From positions 3,555 to 67,554 of the forward strand of contig MGGC01000038.1 in NCBI GenBank assembly GCA_001792215.1: 64,000 nucleotides of DNA, read 5' to 3'. The number at the start of each line of letters is the position of its first letter. Position 1 is the first letter of the stretch. Made by a program: the position numbers and the translations under genes. The stretch is from Candidatus Woesebacteria bacterium RIFCSPHIGHO2_01_FULL_38_10 (GTDB taxonomy: Bacteria > Patescibacteriota > Microgenomatia > UBA8517). Positions 36,270 to 48,412 of this stretch are shown here, one piece after another. Below the pieces are notes generated by a model. It was not told where the DNA came from. It was given only the letters and a program-made list of their open reading frames with translations, and searched no databases.

Positions 36270-36719
36270 TTAAGGACTCAACAGCTGGTATCGGCAAGGA
36301 GTGGGATCACAGGTTACACATCCAGTGAACGTGTCTGAAGAGTCCTCAAGATGAGAGTACAAATTATACGAGGTCGAAGGAACCCCGCTTGGACAATAAA
36401 CATACCTTGCCAAAGTCGAAGGGTCCCCGGGCACACTTCTTAGGTAAATATTGGTTACCCCAGTACAGGTTGCCTGAAGTTGAGACCCTGGAGCTGGAAG
36501 ACTGGCCGGATATTGATTGCAGTCAGCTTTATAAATTTCCAATGCGGCGCGGATGGTTTCTAAATCAGCTTTCCTTCTTGCATCGCGACCAGACCTTCTG
36601 GCATTTTGCATCGCAAAAATGGATATACCGGTTAAAACTGCAATTATGGAAATGACTATTAGAAGCTCAATAAGAGTAAAGCCATAACTTATATTTGATA
36701 TTTTTTTCATAATGGACAA
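36270..36719 (-). CDS. Type IV pilin
   Basis: MSIMKKISNISYG|FTLIELLIVISIIAVL; ARRSGRDARRKADL block; 6 Cys in the C-terminal domain. Confidence 0.65.
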   Translation of the reverse strand: MSIMKKISNISYGFTLIELLIVISIIAVLTGISIFAMQNARRSGRDARRKADLETIRAALEIYKADCNQYPASLPAPGSQLQATCTGVTNIYLRSVPGDPSTLARYVYCPSGVPSTSYNLYSHLEDSSDTFTGCVTCDPTPCRYQLLSP

Positions 36720-37243
36720 ACCGGACCTCCATTGACCAGACTATCGGCAGTCCTTCCGTCTGAACAAACCACAAAGAAAAGAGTCGCTCCTGCATCATTT
36801 CCCTGTTCTAAGGTCCCCCATAAAACATATTGAGTCAGATCCGATCTGATCTGATAATTAAAGGGGTTACCCCTGGAATCATCGGGGCAGGTAGTCAAGT
36901 TCAGTAGGGTAGTTCCGCAATTTGCAGGAGTTGCCAAATTTCCCAAAGCAACGAAAAAATTACCCCGATTTCTGGCTGCGTATGTTTCCATAGCAACCTG
37001 ATATTGTTTTATGTCGCTTCTTTTCCTTGCGTCTCTTGCTCTTCTTTGAGATGCGGGGAATCTCATTAAAAGGATTGTGGCCAATCCGCCAAGAATGGCT
37101 ATAACTATCAAAAGTTCAATCAATGTAAAACCAAAATTTTTAATCGGAAAACCTAATTTCCAACTAATCAAGTTTGGATTTGTCTCCCACTTTTCAGAAT
37201 TTTCAGTGCTGAGGGAATTTTGAGATTTGAGATTTAAGTTCAT
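36707..37243 (-). CDS. Type IV pilin (long leader)
   Basis: ...KNFG|FTLIELLIVIAILGG, SQRRARDARKRSDI block, Cys pairs; unusually long 32-aa leader as translated. Confidence 0.6.
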   Translation of the reverse strand: MNLNLKSQNSLSTENSEKWETNPNLISWKLGFPIKNFGFTLIELLIVIAILGGLATILLMRFPASQRRARDARKRSDIKQYQVAMETYAARNRGNFFVALGNLATPANCGTTLLNLTTCPDDSRGNPFNYQIRSDLTQYVLWGTLEQGNDAGATLFFVVCSDGRTADSLVNGGPVCPL

Positions 37244-37275
37244 AAAGACAGATATCTATTTATAACACGGACTCA

Positions 37276-37902
37276 TCACTTTTTTCCAGCTTTCTCCCTT
37301 TCAGCAAGCTCATTCTCATACTCTTCAATAGATTTATCAAGTGGAGTTTCAGCAAAAGACTTGCCATAACTACAAATTCTGCCTCCACAATTTAAATTTC
37401 TCCCCACAATCTTATAATTATAACCGTCTTCATCCTCTCCACCCTCCAGGTTAGAATATAGCTGAAATCTTTTGCTATTAGATAAATAATAGTAAGATAT
37501 TCCATCATTCTTTTGAGGATCCGCAAAAAGGGTTTTGAGATAGACTTTTTCGCTTGAGCCGAATAAACCAAGATCAGTTAAGGAATCCTTTCCCCATTCA
37601 CAGGGCCTTAATCCCTGAAAAAGAAGATTATAGTTAGGTACCTCAGCCTCTTTTAAAAGGGCAATAACCTGATAAAAATTGTCGGCAGGACATGCCTTTA
37701 TCTTGGCGTCCCCAGAAGGAGGAAAAAAACCAAAGTCCGATCTGTACTCATGAAGCGCATCCGAAATTGTCCCCAAATCCGCTTTTCTTTGAGCATCTCT
37801 AGCTCTCCTCAAAGCCAGCCGCATATTAATAAAGGTCACGCTAAAAGTTACTAAAAGAATAATTCCTATACCAATATACTCATTTTTTGAAAAAGGTTTC
37901 AT
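37276..37902 (-). CDS. Pilin-like protein with signal-anchor instead of a prepilin cleavage motif
   Basis: Shares the LRRARDAQRKADLGTISDAL block and Cys-containing C-terminal domain with neighbouring pilins, but the N-terminus MKPFSKNEYIGIGIILLVTF lacks G|F...E. Confidence 0.45.
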   Translation of the reverse strand: MKPFSKNEYIGIGIILLVTFSVTFINMRLALRRARDAQRKADLGTISDALHEYRSDFGFFPPSGDAKIKACPADNFYQVIALLKEAEVPNYNLLFQGLRPCEWGKDSLTDLGLFGSSEKVYLKTLFADPQKNDGISYYYLSNSKRFQLYSNLEGGEDEDGYNYKIVGRNLNCGGRICSYGKSFAETPLDKSIEEYENELAEREKAGKK

Positions 37903-37912
37903 TGCCTGGTAA

Positions 37913-38740
37913 TTATTGTAAAAAGGGGAAAAGTAAATTTTTTAAATAATCTCCCCAAAATAAAGTTAGAAAAAAACCTATAACCAAAAATGGTCCAAAA
38001 GCAATTGGTTTACCTAATTTGGCTTTACCTGTTAAAAGTAAGCTGACTCCGAGAGCAGCTCCTATCCAAAAGCTCAAAAATATCCATACCAGTGTACCTG
38101 GCCATCCCAGTGAAACCCCTCCGCTAAGAACCAGTTTACTATCTCCCAGTCCCATTCCCTTACCTTTGGTTATTAAATTAAGAATCAGGAAGACAAAGGC
38201 CGTTGCAAGGGAAACGAAAAGGTTCTTATAAAAGTTATCGGCGGGGGAGAGTAAGTTTACAGCAAGAAAAATTGAAAAAAGAAAAAAAACAACTTTGTCC
38301 GGAATAACTTGATGTTCAAAATCTGTGACAAAAATTGTAATCAATAAGCTTATTGCCAGAAACAAAAAGGGGGGTGCTATAGAACCTAAGTGTAATTTCC
38401 AAAAACAAATATCCTGCAAGGAAGCTTCATCTAAACTTGCGCTACAGTTAAAAGAATAAAAATAGTAAATAAGGAAAAATAAAATCGCTGTTGAAATTTC
38501 TATCAGGGGATAGCGAAGGGAAATTTTCTTTCGGCAACTCCTGCACTTACCCTTTAAAAGAATGTAGGAAAGAAGAGGAATATTGTCATTCCAGGCAATT
38601 GCCTTCTTACATTCAGGACAAAAAGACCTTCCTTTTTTTATACTTTTTCCCAAAGGTATTCGATAGGTGATCGACGATAAAAAGGACCCTATAATAAGAC
38701 CAGAAACTAAAACTAAAAGATAGGGATAAGCTCCAAACAT
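37913..38740 (-). CDS. pilD: Prepilin peptidase (A24 family)
   Basis: N-terminal TM, Zn-binding CPECKKAI...CRSCRK, multi-TM body with catalytic-Asp regions. Confidence 0.85.
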   Translation of the reverse strand: MFGAYPYLLVLVSGLIIGSFLSSITYRIPLGKSIKKGRSFCPECKKAIAWNDNIPLLSYILLKGKCRSCRKKISLRYPLIEISTAILFFLIYYFYSFNCSASLDEASLQDICFWKLHLGSIAPPFLFLAISLLITIFVTDFEHQVIPDKVVFFLFSIFLAVNLLSPADNFYKNLFVSLATAFVFLILNLITKGKGMGLGDSKLVLSGGVSLGWPGTLVWIFLSFWIGAALGVSLLLTGKAKLGKPIAFGPFLVIGFFLTLFWGDYLKNLLFPFLQ

Positions 38741-38873
38741 ATTTAACTATAATATACTGGTCGTACAGAGCTTTGCAATCTTTGAGGCAATGAGGGAGGC
38801 ATTATAAATGAGAAAGTACCAGAAAACCCTTTTGCAAGATTTTTACCTGGTACTTTCAATCCAACCTAACAGT

Positions 38874-39425
38874 TTAATTAACAAAGGCTTGACCACCTAC
38901 GGCAAACGCCGGTTCAGCTTGGCTACAAACTATACCGCCTCGACCCAAGACTGTGTCAAAAACCACCCAAGCAACAGCAGGTGCTGTACATCTTGAATTA
39001 TTCGAACCAGATTCCAACCTGGAATAGATAATTCCGTTATTGGGAGGAGTTGCTCCGTCACCATCGTAACAGTACCCGTTCTGAATACCTCGACCCGCAG
39101 CTGAACAAGCAGCCGTTCCTGTAATACTGTAAGCAAGTGCTCCTGGCGCTGTGGCAATCTCTCCAGCAGTAACCATAGAGGTAACCCAAGTATTATTTTC
39201 AGTTACATAATCACCTTCATGTGAGGTGCCATAAGCCTGAAAGGCGTGCCCCAACTGAGTTACCGAGGAAGTTCTCCCGGCATCTCTTGTTCTTGCCAAC
39301 TGTTCTTGAGGATTAATGGCAACCAAGATAACCACTGCCAAAACTCCGATAATAGCAATTACAATTAAAAGCTCAATTAAAGTAAAACCTCTTCTTATCC
39401 GGGCAGTCATAAATTTTTGTTTCAC
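38874..39425 (-). CDS. Type IV pilin (major pilin candidate)
   Basis: MKQKFMTARIRRG|FTLIELLIVIAIIGVLAVV; first pilin after pilB-pilT-pilC; GC-richer; ~100-bp putative promoter gap upstream. Confidence 0.7.
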   Translation of the reverse strand: MKQKFMTARIRRGFTLIELLIVIAIIGVLAVVILVAINPQEQLARTRDAGRTSSVTQLGHAFQAYGTSHEGDYVTENNTWVTSMVTAGEIATAPGALAYSITGTAACSAAGRGIQNGYCYDGDGATPPNNGIIYSRLESGSNNSRCTAPAVAWVVFDTVLGRGGIVCSQAEPAFAVGGQAFVN

Positions 39426-39517
39426 CCCCCTTCGCGCACACTTTCAATTATCTACATTCAGTTTGACTAAATTAAGTTCAGGTGTCAATAGCCCTATAAT
39501 TTTATCTGGGGACCAGA

Positions 39518-40723
39518 TTAAATTTCTGTTGTTAATTTATAAATAGGCATAATTATCGAAATGATCAAAAATGCCACTCCCACACCCAGTAAGATTAGAA
39601 TGAGAGGCTCCATGGCTGAGGTTAAAACTTTAACCTTTTGATCGCTCTCGATTTCAAAAATATGACTTGCCTTTGCCAAAACTTCATCCATCTTTCCAGT
39701 CTCTTCTCCAACAGCCACCATCTGGGCCAAGGTAATTGGGAATGCCTCGGGGTGCCGGGAAAAGGCGAAGGCCAAAGGAAAACCCTTTTCCACCATCTTG
39801 GTCATGTCGGATAAAGCATCAGAAATAAGGCTATTGTTAATAACTTCAGAGGAAATTGACAAACTTTCCAGTACAGAAACTCCAGACTCAGTCATTAGGC
39901 TCAAAGTCCTGGTAAAGTCTGCTAATATTATTTGTTTTTGCAATTCACCAACAAAGGGAATTTGAAAAACGAGACTATCAATCTTCTTTCTACCGCTTAA
40001 GTTTGACCTATAAACATTAAATCCCCAGACAAGTATAGTAAACCCAATAATAACAATCGGCCAGAAGTTGACTAAAAATTCTGAAATTCCAATAACTATC
40101 TTGGTAGAAAGAGGAAGTTCTGCCTCAAATTGAGAATATAAAGTGGTTAAACGAGGGACAACAAATATAAACATTATGATAACCACTCCTACCATTCCCA
40201 ACAAAATTATTAATGGGTAAACCATTGCGCTTTTCACTTTACCACTATATTCCTGCTGTTTTTCTATATTTTCAGCAAGTTTTTCCAGAACCTCATCCAT
40301 CACTCCTCCTGCCTCGCCTGATTTTATCAAGGCAACGTAAGTTTTAGAGAAAACCTTGGGATGCATACTCATCGCAGAGGATAAAGACTCGCCTTCCCCC
40401 ACTCTGGAGAGTATCGCTGAAATTATTTTTTGCATAGATCCTCTTGCTTGAGTATGAAGTATCGAAAGTGTCTCAGTTAAAGGTAGTCCTGCTGTAACCA
40501 TTGTTGAAATCTGTCTAGTGAACCTGGCAACTTCTCCACCTGAAACTCTTTGAGTTAAATTTTTTAAAAAAATAAAACTTAATTCTCTCTTTTCTGAAAT
40601 GGAAATGACAATGTTGCCCCTTTGCCTTACTAGTCTGGCCGCATGTTCCTGGCTTTTCGCCTCAACCTCACCTATAACAAAATTTCCTTTTTCATCTTTT
40701 GCTTTATATTTATAAAGTTTCAT
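39518..40723 (-). CDS. pilC: Type IV pilus platform protein PilC (GspF family)
   Basis: Two T2SSF repeats, 3 TM segments, 401 aa. Confidence 0.85.
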   Translation of the reverse strand: MKLYKYKAKDEKGNFVIGEVEAKSQEHAARLVRQRGNIVISISEKRELSFIFLKNLTQRVSGGEVARFTRQISTMVTAGLPLTETLSILHTQARGSMQKIISAILSRVGEGESLSSAMSMHPKVFSKTYVALIKSGEAGGVMDEVLEKLAENIEKQQEYSGKVKSAMVYPLIILLGMVGVVIIMFIFVVPRLTTLYSQFEAELPLSTKIVIGISEFLVNFWPIVIIGFTILVWGFNVYRSNLSGRKKIDSLVFQIPFVGELQKQIILADFTRTLSLMTESGVSVLESLSISSEVINNSLISDALSDMTKMVEKGFPLAFAFSRHPEAFPITLAQMVAVGEETGKMDEVLAKASHIFEIESDQKVKVLTSAMEPLILILLGVGVAFLIISIIMPIYKLTTEI

Positions 40724-40776
40724 AAGCTGGAACAGGTTTCAGAAAGGAAAACTTTCCCCAACCATTCCTAAAATTA

Positions 40777-41841
40777 CTATTTTGAGGACCTGACCAATCT
40801 ATTCAATTCTTCAGGCCTCAGGGAGTAAGATTGAGCAACTTCCAGGGCTACTTTTCCCTTCTTAACTAGATTTGCCAAAGACATTTCCAAAGTATTCATA
40901 CCGACTTCGGTTGAGGTTTGCAAGACATTATCAATCTGATGAGTTTTTCCGTCTCTAATGGTTGTTTTTATTGCTGAGGTTCCAAGCATAACCTCATAAG
41001 CAACCACTCTTTTACCGGTAATGGATGGAATCAGTCTCATGGAAAATACTACCTCAATAACATTCGAAAGCTGAAGTCTAACCTGCTCCTGTTGCTCTTC
41101 GGGAAAAACATCAACAATCCTGTCAATTGTCTGGGCTGCTGAATTTGTGTGAAGGGTGGCGAATACAAGATGTCCTGTTTCGGCAACGGTTAGCGCTGAG
41201 GCTATGGTTTCATAATCTCTCATTTCGCCGACCAAAACCACATCCGGATCTTCTCTTAACGTACTTCTTAAGGCTATCTGCCAAGAGTGTGTGTCAAAAC
41301 CCATTTCCCTTTGAGAGATTATCGAATTTACAGGCTTAAATACAAACTCGATTGGATCTTCGATAGTCACAATATGCGTATAGCGTTGCTCGTTTATTTC
41401 ATTAAGCATCGATGCCAAAGTAGTTGATTTACCATGACCGGTCGGTCCGGTCACCAAAATAAAACCCTGCTTGAGTCCAGTAAATGTGTGAAGAAGCTTG
41501 GGTAAACCCAGATCGTCAATCTTAGGAATCTCCATGGGAATCTTTCTAAATGCAATCGCCAATGACCCCTTTTGGGTATAAGTATTTACCCTGAAACGTG
41601 CTTTTTGACTAAAGGGTAAAGAAAAGTCGATTTCCTTATTAACGGTCAGCCTGTCGAACTGTTCTGAAGAGAGAATTTCTTTAACATATTTGTTGACTAC
41701 ATCAGGAGTAATAATCTCCTCAGAAGGAATCGGGCTTAGTTGCCCTTCTATTCGTAAATAAGGGGCAATACCCGATATAATGTGAAGGTCGGATGCTTCT
41801 CTGTCAATAGTAATTTGCAAAAGATCTTTTATATCAATCAT
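40777..41841 (-). CDS. pilT: Twitching-motility retraction ATPase PilT
   Basis: Walker A VTGPTGHGKSTT, Asp box, His box, 354 aa. Confidence 0.85.
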   Translation of the reverse strand: MIDIKDLLQITIDREASDLHIISGIAPYLRIEGQLSPIPSEEIITPDVVNKYVKEILSSEQFDRLTVNKEIDFSLPFSQKARFRVNTYTQKGSLAIAFRKIPMEIPKIDDLGLPKLLHTFTGLKQGFILVTGPTGHGKSTTLASMLNEINEQRYTHIVTIEDPIEFVFKPVNSIISQREMGFDTHSWQIALRSTLREDPDVVLVGEMRDYETIASALTVAETGHLVFATLHTNSAAQTIDRIVDVFPEEQQEQVRLQLSNVIEVVFSMRLIPSITGKRVVAYEVMLGTSAIKTTIRDGKTHQIDNVLQTSTEVGMNTLEMSLANLVKKGKVALEVAQSYSLRPEELNRLVRSSK

Positions 41842-41853
41842 GCTTTCTGTTAA

Positions 41854-43578
41854 CTACTCCTGAGCCACTCTAAGAACTTCTTCAATGGTAGTAATCCCTT
41901 GCAAAACTTTAAGATATCCATCCTCTTTCATAGTAATCATTCCTTCTGTTTTCGCCTGCCTCTCAATATCGGCAGACGATGCATTTTCCAATATGAGCCT
42001 ACTTATTTTTTCAGAAACAGGCAATACTTCAAAAATACCCACTCTTCCGTAATACCCACTTTTCCCGCAGTCAGTACATCCTTCCCCTTTATAAAACTTT
42101 ATATCTTTCGTCTTGGGTAATAAAGATCCAAGAACACTTCTTACCTCCTCAAAAATTTCCAAGTCAGGCTCATAAGAAATTTTACATTCTTCATGAATCT
42201 TTCTAACCACTCTTTGGGCAGCAATAGCTGTCATCGAAGATGCCAAAAGGTATGGCTCGGCCTTCATGTCCAAAAGTCTGGGAAGGGCGCCTGAGGCGTC
42301 ATTGGTGTGAAGGGTGGAAAATACCAAGTGCCCTGTAAGAGATGCTTGAATCGCCAGATCAGTTGTTTCCTGGTCCCTGATCTCTCCAACCAAAATAATA
42401 TTGGGATCTTGTCTTAAAAAAGATCTCAAACCCGATGCGAAAGTAAGACCCGCCTGAGGATTAACCTGAACTTGATTTACTCCGGCAATTTTGTATTCAA
42501 CCGGATCTTCAAGCGTCACTATATTAACCTTGGAAGTGTTAATAGTTTGCATTATCGAATACAACGTTGTTGTCTTTCCCGAACCTGTCGGGCCACAAAT
42601 CAAAATAATCCCGTGGGGGCGCATAATTGCATCCTGAAGATTTTTTAAAGCCCTTCCACTTAATCCCAACTCGGGGAGAGTCGGAATTCCTCCCGTTTTT
42701 TTCAATAGCCTCATCACAACTTTTTCACCTAAAGTTGTGGGGAGCGTGGAAACTCTCAGATCAACCTCTTGATCCTCGCTTTTAAAATTAAACCTGCCAT
42801 CCTGTGGTAACCTTTTCTCATCAATCTTCATACTTGAAAGAATTTTAATTCTGGAAACCAAAGCATCCCGCAAGTCCTTGGGAATTGTCAACTTTTCCTG
42901 CAAGATACCATCAATTCGGTAGCGAACTCTGGTAAAATTTTCTTGAGGTTCGATGTGAACATCTGATGCTCTTGCTTTTACCGCAAAAGATAAAATATGG
43001 GTAACGATTTCTGCAACTTTCTCCTCTCTTATAACACCTGTTTTGAAAATATCAAAAGTTTTTACTTCTCCGTCTCTGGAAACCTCCTTAAGCGCCTCTG
43101 TTACCTCTCTTGCTAAAGATGTCGTATATCCGGCTGAAATTAAGGTTTCCACTTTTGAAGGTTCAGCTGCATAAGGTTTAACAATATATCCTGTCTTCTG
43201 CTCGACGAACTCTGTGGCAGTTAAATCCAGTGGGTCTGCCATTGCTAAATTCAACTGCTTCGTTTGCATATCGACTGAGAAAGGAAAAATCTTAAATCTC
43301 TCAGCAACATCCTGAGAAAGGAGAGTTAATGCTTCAGAAGAAATCGGAATTGTTGTTAAATCGATATAGGGAAAGTTATAAAGTTCGGCCCTTGCTTTGA
43401 CTAAAGCTTCTTCGCTAACAAGCTTTCTTTCTTTAATTATTTCTTCCTGAAGCTTACCGGTTTGAATCTCGGTTAATTTTATCTGCTTTAACTTTTCTTC
43501 ATTTAAAGCTCCCTGCGACAAAAGAATATCAGCCAGAGATTTAGTCTCATTGGAATTCGATTTTACCTGGACAGTCAT
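41854..43578 (-). CDS. pilB: Type IV pilus extension ATPase PilB (GspE family)
   Basis: Walker A LICGPTGSGKTTT; tetracysteine motif CTDCGKSGYYGR; N-terminal GSPII domain. Confidence 0.85.
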   Translation of the reverse strand: MTVQVKSNSNETKSLADILLSQGALNEEKLKQIKLTEIQTGKLQEEIIKERKLVSEEALVKARAELYNFPYIDLTTIPISSEALTLLSQDVAERFKIFPFSVDMQTKQLNLAMADPLDLTATEFVEQKTGYIVKPYAAEPSKVETLISAGYTTSLAREVTEALKEVSRDGEVKTFDIFKTGVIREEKVAEIVTHILSFAVKARASDVHIEPQENFTRVRYRIDGILQEKLTIPKDLRDALVSRIKILSSMKIDEKRLPQDGRFNFKSEDQEVDLRVSTLPTTLGEKVVMRLLKKTGGIPTLPELGLSGRALKNLQDAIMRPHGIILICGPTGSGKTTTLYSIMQTINTSKVNIVTLEDPVEYKIAGVNQVQVNPQAGLTFASGLRSFLRQDPNIILVGEIRDQETTDLAIQASLTGHLVFSTLHTNDASGALPRLLDMKAEPYLLASSMTAIAAQRVVRKIHEECKISYEPDLEIFEEVRSVLGSLLPKTKDIKFYKGEGCTDCGKSGYYGRVGIFEVLPVSEKISRLILENASSADIERQAKTEGMITMKEDGYLKVLQGITTIEEVLRVAQE

Positions 43579-43680
43579 AATTTACTCACAAACATTCCCT
43601 TTAAGCACATTATGAAGAATTTCCAGATTGCTATCAAGAGGCATCAATCCTGAAAAAATATGATATATTAATCTTTAAAT

Positions 43681-44283
43681 ATGCACGCATTTTTAATAGT
43701 AGGAAAAAATCCGTTGACTGTTGATAAAAAGGCTTATGAGCTTGCTAAAAAGATTGGGGACAGCTCTTTAAACTTTAATCTCCAAAAAATCTCTGATTGT
43801 AAAAATCTCCTCTCATTTGTAAAACTTTCACTTTCCAAACCCACTTCAATAATTATTAAAGAAATTGATAAAGCAACAATTCCTGCACTTAACGCTTTTT
43901 TAAAAACTTTAGAGGAACCCCAAAAAAATCTAAAATTCATATTAACATCAACCAGTGAACATAAACTGCCTACTACTGTTGTATCAAGGTGCCAGATTAT
44001 CAAGTTGAATGAGAAAATAATTATGGATAATCAAAAAACACCCGAGTTTTTAACGCTGACGAATTCGGAAAAACTAAAATTCATTGATAAAATTAAAATA
44101 AAGGATGAAGCCATTCTCTTCACCGAATCATTAATATATACTCTTCACGCGCTTCTACATTCAGATAAAAAAAATATGAAAAAAATTACTAAGTGGCTAA
44201 AATTAGCCATAAACACCCATACAGCACTTAAAGCCAATGCCAACCTGAATATTCAACTCACCCAACTGGTTATAAACCTCTGA
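43681..44283 (+). CDS. holB: DNA polymerase III delta-prime-like subunit (short)
   Basis: MHAFLIVGKN, NAFLKTLEEPQKNLKFILTST, and SRCQ sensor motif TTVVSRCQIIKL. Confidence 0.6.
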   Translation: MHAFLIVGKNPLTVDKKAYELAKKIGDSSLNFNLQKISDCKNLLSFVKLSLSKPTSIIIKEIDKATIPALNAFLKTLEEPQKNLKFILTSTSEHKLPTTVVSRCQIIKLNEKIIMDNQKTPEFLTLTNSEKLKFIDKIKIKDEAILFTESLIYTLHALLHSDKKNMKKITKWLKLAINTHTALKANANLNIQLTQLVINL

Positions 44284-44318
44284 TTTACTTCAGAAGGGAA
44301 ACTAAGATATAATAATAG

Positions 44319-46274
<1,956 letters not shown>

Positions 46275-46368
46275 AAAAAAAGTAAGCTGAAGTCCGTCGA
46301 CCAATTTTGGCACGAGACATGATCGGACAGTTCTGAAAAACCGAGTGCGAAAATAAGGAGGATGAAAC

Positions 46369-48405
46369 TTGCTATACTTAATATTTAGCAAATTAATGGA
46401 TATACAACTAATTGCACTCTTTTTTGCTCCTGCAACTTCTTTGATTGCACTAGGATATGGGCTTTATTTAAGCCGAAAAGTTCTCAAAGAGGCCGAAGGG
46501 TCAGAAAAACTTCAACAAATTGCCAAAGCAGTCAGGGAAGGAGCCATGTCCTACCTGACCAAGCAATTTAAAGTAATTTTTCCTCTTATGCTTGCCTTAG
46601 CAGCGCTCATCTGGTTTACCTTAGGGCAGGGGATTGCCGTTACCTTTCTTTTAGGCGCCGTTTTTAGTGCCACAATCGGCTATCTTGGTATGTGGATTGC
46701 GGTAAGAGCCAATGTAAGAACCGCCAACGCTGCTCAAAAAGGATTAAGTCATGCCTTAAGAATTTCCTTCGGAGCAGGAACAGTCAACGGAATGCTGGTT
46801 GTTGGCTTGGGACTTTTAGGGGTGTCCCTTATCTATATGTGGTCATACTTTAGATATATCGCAATGGGGCCTGAGACTGTTGCCAGAGAGGCAACCAATG
46901 TTCTGGTCGGCTACGGGTTCGGAGCCGCGCTTTTGGCTCTTTTTATGAGGGTGGGGGGAGGAATATTTACCAAAGCTGCAGATGTGGGAGCTGATTTGGT
47001 TGGAAAAGTTGAACAGGGAATTCCCGAGGATGACCCAAGAAATCCGGCTACAATTGCCGACAATGTCGGCGATAACGTAGGGGATTGTGCCGGAATGGCA
47101 GCTGATGTTTTTGAGTCATATGCTCTCACCATAGTCGCCGCCATGATATTGGGAGGACAGTTTTTTGGACTTCCCGGTGTCGTTTTTCCTCTTCTGGCCC
47201 GTTCTGGAGCAATACTAACCTCAATTTTGGGCACTTTCTTTGTCAAGGCAAAAAGCGAAAGCGAAAATCCGATAAAACCTCTTATCCGAGGTTTCCTCAT
47301 TTCAGCGGTTTCGGCTATCTTTGTCTTTATGTTTTTATCCACATTCCTCTTAAAAGAGCCAAGGGCTGGTTACGCTGCAATAACCGGAATTATTTCAATG
47401 CTTGCCCTTTTATACGTAACCAAATACTATACAGGTCCGGGAGAAAAACCGGTTGTGGCAATTGCAAAAGCCTCGCAAACGGGCGCGGGAACAAACCTTA
47501 TTTCCGGAATGGCTTTCGGAATGGAATCAACTTTCGTTTCGGTCTTAATTATCGCTGCCACAATTTTCCTAGGCTATCTTTTCTTGGGCTTTTACGGAAT
47601 TTCGCTTGCCGGAATGGGAATGCTGGCAACGACCGGAATAATCATGGCACTAGACACCTTCGGCCCAATCGCCGATAACGCTCAAGGAATGGTGGAAATG
47701 GCAGGTTTGAAAGGCAGGGCAGAAAAAGTAACCGGGGGACTTGATGCAGTCGGAAACACCACCAAAGCTCTTACCAAGGGGTTTGCGGTTGGGTCAGCTG
47801 CTGTTGCCGCATCCTCACTTTTCGCCACTTATTTCGAAGCAACCGGCTTGACTTCAATTGACATCTCCCAGCCCAAAGTTTTTATAGGGCTTCTTCTCGG
47901 TGGAGCACTGCCATTTTTATTTTCTTCAAGGCTTGTGGGTTCTGTCGGGCGAGCTGCTTTTCAGGTTGTTGAAGAAGTAAGAAGGCAGTTCAAAGAAATA
48001 AAAGGGATTATGCAAGGCAGTGCACTTCCTGATTATTCCAAAGCCGTGGAAATTGTTACAGCAGCGGCTCAGAAGGAATTGGTAATTCCGGCAGCCATTG
48101 TTGTGACCATGCCGATTTTAGTCGGCTTACTGGGTGCAGAACCGTTGGGAGGGTTTTTGGGAGGGGTAGTTGCCGTAGGATTGATGCTGGCCTTTTATAT
48201 GTGTAATACCGGAGGGGCTTGGGACAATGCTAAAAAATATATCGAGGATGGGAATTTCGGCGGAAAAGGGGGAGACACCCATAAAGCTGCTGTTGTTGGT
48301 GATATTGTAGGAGATCCTTTAAAAGATACCTCAGGTCCGGCAATCAATCCGATGATGAAAATTGTCCAAATTGTGGCTCTTTTTTTAGCGCCATTTCTGG
48401 TTTGA
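46369..48405 (+). CDS. hppA: Membrane H+-translocating pyrophosphatase
   Basis: GDNVGDNVGDCAGMAADVFESY and multiple TM helices; AAGGAGG RBS 7 nt before the TTG at 46369. Confidence 0.9.
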   Translation: MLYLIFSKLMDIQLIALFFAPATSLIALGYGLYLSRKVLKEAEGSEKLQQIAKAVREGAMSYLTKQFKVIFPLMLALAALIWFTLGQGIAVTFLLGAVFSATIGYLGMWIAVRANVRTANAAQKGLSHALRISFGAGTVNGMLVVGLGLLGVSLIYMWSYFRYIAMGPETVAREATNVLVGYGFGAALLALFMRVGGGIFTKAADVGADLVGKVEQGIPEDDPRNPATIADNVGDNVGDCAGMAADVFESYALTIVAAMILGGQFFGLPGVVFPLLARSGAILTSILGTFFVKAKSESENPIKPLIRGFLISAVSAIFVFMFLSTFLLKEPRAGYAAITGIISMLALLYVTKYYTGPGEKPVVAIAKASQTGAGTNLISGMAFGMESTFVSVLIIAATIFLGYLFLGFYGISLAGMGMLATTGIIMALDTFGPIADNAQGMVEMAGLKGRAEKVTGGLDAVGNTTKALTKGFAVGSAAVAASSLFATYFEATGLTSIDISQPKVFIGLLLGGALPFLFSSRLVGSVGRAAFQVVEEVRRQFKEIKGIMQGSALPDYSKAVEIVTAAAQKELVIPAAIVVTMPILVGLLGAEPLGGFLGGVVAVGLMLAFYMCNTGGAWDNAKKYIEDGNFGGKGGDTHKAAVVGDIVGDPLKDTSGPAINPMMKIVQIVALFLAPFLV

Positions 48406-48412
48406 AAATTAT

